A stretch of 64,000 nt of DNA from positions 4,801,567-4,865,566 of the forward strand of contig MU053629.1 in the NCBI GenBank assembly GCA_013239625.1, written 5' to 3'. Below, piece by piece: positions 60,036 through 64,000 of the stretch. The notes beneath the pieces were generated by a model. The model was not told the DNA's origin, did not search any database, and saw only the letters and a program-made list of their open reading frames with translations. Source of the DNA: Lama guanicoe (lineage: Eukaryota). Positions within the stretch are counted from its first letter, which is position 1. The number at the start of each line of letters is the position of its first letter. A program made the position numbers and the translations under genes.

Positions 60036-62825
60036 CTAATTGCTGAATCTTATATTTCTTAATTTTCTTAATTTGGAATTTCCGGCATTGCCTGCTAATT
60101 TTCTATCATGGCAGAGAAGAACTTCCCTTTCTTATTTACCCTCTGCCGTTGTTTATCCTCCTGAGTCATCCTAATAGAGTTATAATTATCACTTAAATCA
60201 ATATTCAATATTTGCATTATTGTGACCGGGTAAATATTATTCTCTGCTGAGTTAAGTAGTCAACCATGTGACATTTCCTTTCTCAGACAGCTTTTGTCTT
60301 TACCTGGAATTGACAACTATCTCATTCTTTTTTTTTTTTTCATTTGCATAGTTTCTTTGACCTTCAACAGGCTTTCTCAGACAGTTTTCTACATGGTTTA
60401 ACAGATAGTGTATCCGTGTCTTCTTTTTCCTCCAGTGCCACTGTTTTACTGGAGCCCCTCCCGGAACCCTCCAGCCTCCTGCTCCAGTGTGGTCTGGGTA
60501 CCCCCTGGGCTTGGGCTCAGCTCTTATTCTCGGACATTCTTTCTCCTAGGAAGAAAGGAGAAGTCCACTGGATCTCTTTTCTATGTTGGATCTCTTTTTC
60601 CTAGATCCCATATCTTCTTCTCTGACTTACTCCCTCGTTTTGCTGGAGCACATACTCTAATAGATTCCTGAGAAAGGGTACATGAGAGGTAAAATTTTGA
60701 AACCTGGAATATCTGAAAATGTCTTTAATCGCCCATCACTCTTAAATGATAGTTTTGCAGGGTGTGGAATTCTAGACTGGAAATCATTTTTTCCTCAACA
60801 TTTTAAAGCATATGGGTTCTTAGAAGTCTGATACCTTTTTGACACTCAGTTCTTTGTATGCAGTCTGTTTTTTCTTGTCTAGAAGTTTTTATGTTCTTCT
60901 CTTTATTCCTAAGGTTCTGCAGTTTCTATGTGATATACCTTGGTGAGGCCTAATTTCCAGTCATCATGTCGGGCACTCAGTGGACCCTTTCAATTTGAAC
61001 GTTCATGTCTTTAGTTCTGAGAAATTTCTTTGTAATATTTCTTTCATAATTTCCTCCCCATCCATTTTCTCTTTTCTTTCTTCCTGAAACTCCAATTTGT
61101 TGGCTTTTTAACACTTCATTGATTTTTTTCCCCCAATTTTCTGCTTTTATCTTGTTAATTTACTTTTGGAGGAATTTCCTGGACCCTAACTTCCAACCCT
61201 TCTTTATTTTTATTCCAGCTGCCACACTTATGGTTTCTCCAAGCTTTGTCTTGTTCTTTGTTGCTTTCACAGCATTGTGTTCTTTTTACACATTCTCAGG
61301 ATCTTTTCTGACTCTTACTCTAGGATATTAATTATGGATGGGATTTTTTTTTGTTTTATTCTGCTCCCGGCATTGTCCTTGTTTCCTCTAGTTCTTATTT
61401 TATGTTTGTTTTATTCTGTCTTTACTGTTGGAAGCTTTTTTTCAACTTACTTGAAATCTTTGTCTATTCTTATGAAAGAGTGAGATGCTGAAAAGTTTTA
61501 TGGAAATTCTGTATTCGTAGAGAGGGTAGTCAACTCAGGGGCCACACTGAAGGGGCTAGAGCAGGGAAAGTACTTTGGGGAGACACTCTTAAGTGGACAC
61601 TCTTAAGTGTCATTATCAACCAAGCCTCTTATTTTTAGCTTTCTGCATACCTGGTGCCCCCAGCTCCTGAGTCTTACTGGATTTCTACAAGGCGAACCAG
61701 CTTACTTCTCATGGTTTCATCAGTGTAGTCTGTAAAGAGTTGGCTTCTTCTACCCTGATAAGATGGACTGGATGCCTCTATCAGCTTTGACCCCCTCTAA
61801 CATATTGAGAACTCTCATAACATATTGACTCTCAGTAACATATTGACTTACCTGTATAAAGACCCCCATCTTGTTTCCATTCTTGTACTCTTGTCTCTGT
61901 GGCCCTAGTCTTTGTTCTTATTGCAATGCCCCGCAGCTGGTCTCTTGGCTTCCTTCCCTGTCCCTTTACAGTTTATTATCCACACAGAAACAAGAGGGCG
62001 TCTTTATACAGGTAAGTCACAACACCAGAACGTGGACATTCCATCGGACACTGCCCGAGCCTCTTCGATAATCAAAGCATGATATAAAGGGGAGGGGGGG
62101 ATAAGGTAGGAGACTGTCCTAGATTTAAAATCTTCAGGAAACATACTTTGAAAATGCAATGTGTGATCCTGAGTCAAACCAACTGGAAAAAGACATTTTG
62201 GAACGATTGGTGAAATTTGAATACAGATATGAAAGGGTCATTAATTCTGTTAGGAACACATTTAATATCATGGTTATGTGGGAAATGTCTTCATTTTCTA
62301 GAGATACACATTGAATTATCATGAAATAGCACAATGTCTGAAAAATGGCTTTCAAAATCTGAGCCAAAAAAAAAAAAAAGAATGAAGCAAACAGGGCAAA
62401 ATGTTAATAATGATTAAATTCAGGTGGTAGGTACGCATTATCCTACTTTCCCTATTTTTACATATGTTTGAAAATTTTTTTTATAAAGGGGATGGGGGAG
62501 TAATATTATGCTATTCGAGCCTTTCCATGGCTTCCTAGCTCCTTAAGGTAAAACTCAGAGCTCTCACTATGGCCGTCAGGCCCTGTGAGATCTGGCCCCC
62601 AGTTGCTCCTAGATCTCCCCACCTGCTGTTCTCCCCTGTGCTTGGGTCCCAGCTGCACTAGCTCCCTTGCTGTTCTTGCCAAGACCATTGGTGCTGCCTC
62701 AGGGCCATTGCATATACGATTGCTCTGCCTGGCACATTCTCCAATGCCCCCCACCTCCACCCTCCATAGTCAGTGGGCCACCCCCTATCCCGTTCAGGAC
62801 TCTGCCTCAAATGCAACCCCATCAG

Positions 62826-62932
62826 GTGCTCACTTCAGCAGCACATATACTAAAGTTGGAACGATACAGAGAAGATTAGCGTGGCCCCTGCACAAGGATG
62901 ACACGCAAATTCGTGAAGCGTTCCATATTTTT
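62826..62932 (+). pseudogene. RNU6P: Full-length U6 retropseudogene (5' part of a U6/L1 chimera)
   Basis: 107 nt with 5 substitutions versus the gene at 11996-12102 (G7A, G12A, A30G, A56G, G67A). No TATA or PSE upstream. Confidence 0.96.
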
Positions 62933-63035
62933 CGATGAAAATGAACATAGGTATATTCATGTATGACTGAAAAATTATGCTGCACACCAGAAATTGACAC
63001 AGCATTGTAAACTGACTGTAACTCAATTAAAAAAA
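62933..63035 (+). mobile_element. L1 3' end fused to the U6 copy
   Basis: ATGACTGAAAAATTATGCTG...AATTGACACAGCATTGTAAACTGACT...CAATT(A)n, homologous to 57252-57320 and 44469-44515. Confidence 0.88.
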
Positions 63036-63151
63036 AAATGCAAGCCCGTCAGAAAGACCTTTTCTGACCCTTCGTCTGAAATAACATTTCCTTTCTTCTC
63101 TGCAGCATTTTCTCTTCCTCTTTTCCTGCTTCCGTGTATTGTCACCTGCCT

Positions 63152-63510
63152 TTTTAAAAAAAGTGTGGTAAATGTACTTCACATGAAATTTACCATTTCA
63201 GCCATTTCAGAGTTTGCAATTCACTGGCAATAAGTACATGCACGCTGTTGTCCAGCCGTCACCACCATCCGTCTCCAGAACTTCTTCACCTTCCCCATCT
63301 GAAACTCTGTACCCTTTCAGCACTAACTCCTCATTCACCCCTCCCCCAGCGCCTGCTCACCACCATTCTGCTTCGTGTCTTTATGAACTTGATTACTCTA
63401 AATACCACATGTAAGTGGGATCGTACAGTGTTCTTTTTTTTAATGGCTTATTTCACTTCGCATAATTTCTTCGAGGTTCATCTGTGTTATAGCCGGTGTC
63501 AGAATTTCAT
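63152..63510 (-). mobile_element. L1MA/MB-type 3' end
   Basis: AAATTTACCATTTCAGCCATTT...CCAGAACTTCTTCACCTTCCC...GAAACTCTGTACCC, homologous to 54270-54610. Confidence 0.75.
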
Positions 63511-64000
63511 ATCACCTGGATTTTATCTATTTATTTGCTTATGATCATAACTGGCTACCTTCCCACCCCCCATGGGAAGGGAAGGTCCTTGGGGGCAAGT
63601 GCCCTGTCTGTTTTTCTTGTTCCTCTAGACCAGTGCCTGGGCACAGGGTAAGCATTTAATAAATATTTGTTGAATAATTTGCCTCCTGTTAGGGTAATTT
63701 CCTTTTTTTTCCTTGCATAGAGCTGGGCTGCTTCTGTGAGCACGACTTGTCCATTCAGCAAGCAATTTTTAGCTCCCACTGTGCTGAACACTCAGGGGAT
63801 AGAAAGATAAGATAAAAAAAAAAAAACCATGTAGCTGAGAGGGTAAGAGTCATGGAGTCGACATCTGTTTTCATTGGGTTTTTTCTGCCCACCACTTACT
63901 CCCCTTTTCCTGATAATAGCAGTGAGATTTTCCTCTGCGGAGTCTCCCTCCCACTCTCAGTCTGTGTGGTTCTGAGGGATCCGTTTCATCCTCTGGTTTT

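Noticed and set aside
62826..62932. Second functional U6 gene
   Set aside because: No TATA, PSE or DSE upstream, five substitutions, and it is fused to L1 within a TSD.
12800..64000. Exons of the next syntenic gene (PIAS1 in human, by recall)
   Set aside because: No PIAS1-like peptide or other coding exon was recognised in the window.

Overview
Mammalian genomic DNA, probably camelid (inferred from the tRNA-derived SINE family and the young L1 3' ends). Positions 1-7.1 kb hold the 3' half of SKOR1 (Corl1/LBXCOR1) on the + strand: the end of the large exon plus seven small coding exons, the stop at 6409-6411, a 3' UTR and AATAAA at 7088. An intact U6 snRNA gene lies on the - strand (11996-12102) with a full type 3 Pol III promoter (TATA, PSE, octamer, SPH). 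It is most likely the RNU6-1 orthologue and sits back-to-back with a CpG island. The remaining ~50 kb has no supportable protein-coding exon. It contains an RPL29 processed pseudogene, a CTCF/ETS CpG-rich element, an orphan CpG island, several enhancer-like non-repeat blocks, nested L1s, an ERVL/MER21 remnant, MLT LTRs, SINEs and two small N gaps. The most notable observations are a U6/L1 chimeric retrocopy with TSDs (62809-63052), a possible mRNA-3'-end/L1 chimera (37479-38124), three exact Pumilio elements in the SKOR1 3' UTR, and a perfect inverted repeat made of two D-boxes (58802-58833). I found no evidence for a wholly new biological system. Repeat subfamily names are from recall and their boundaries are approximate unless TSDs are given.
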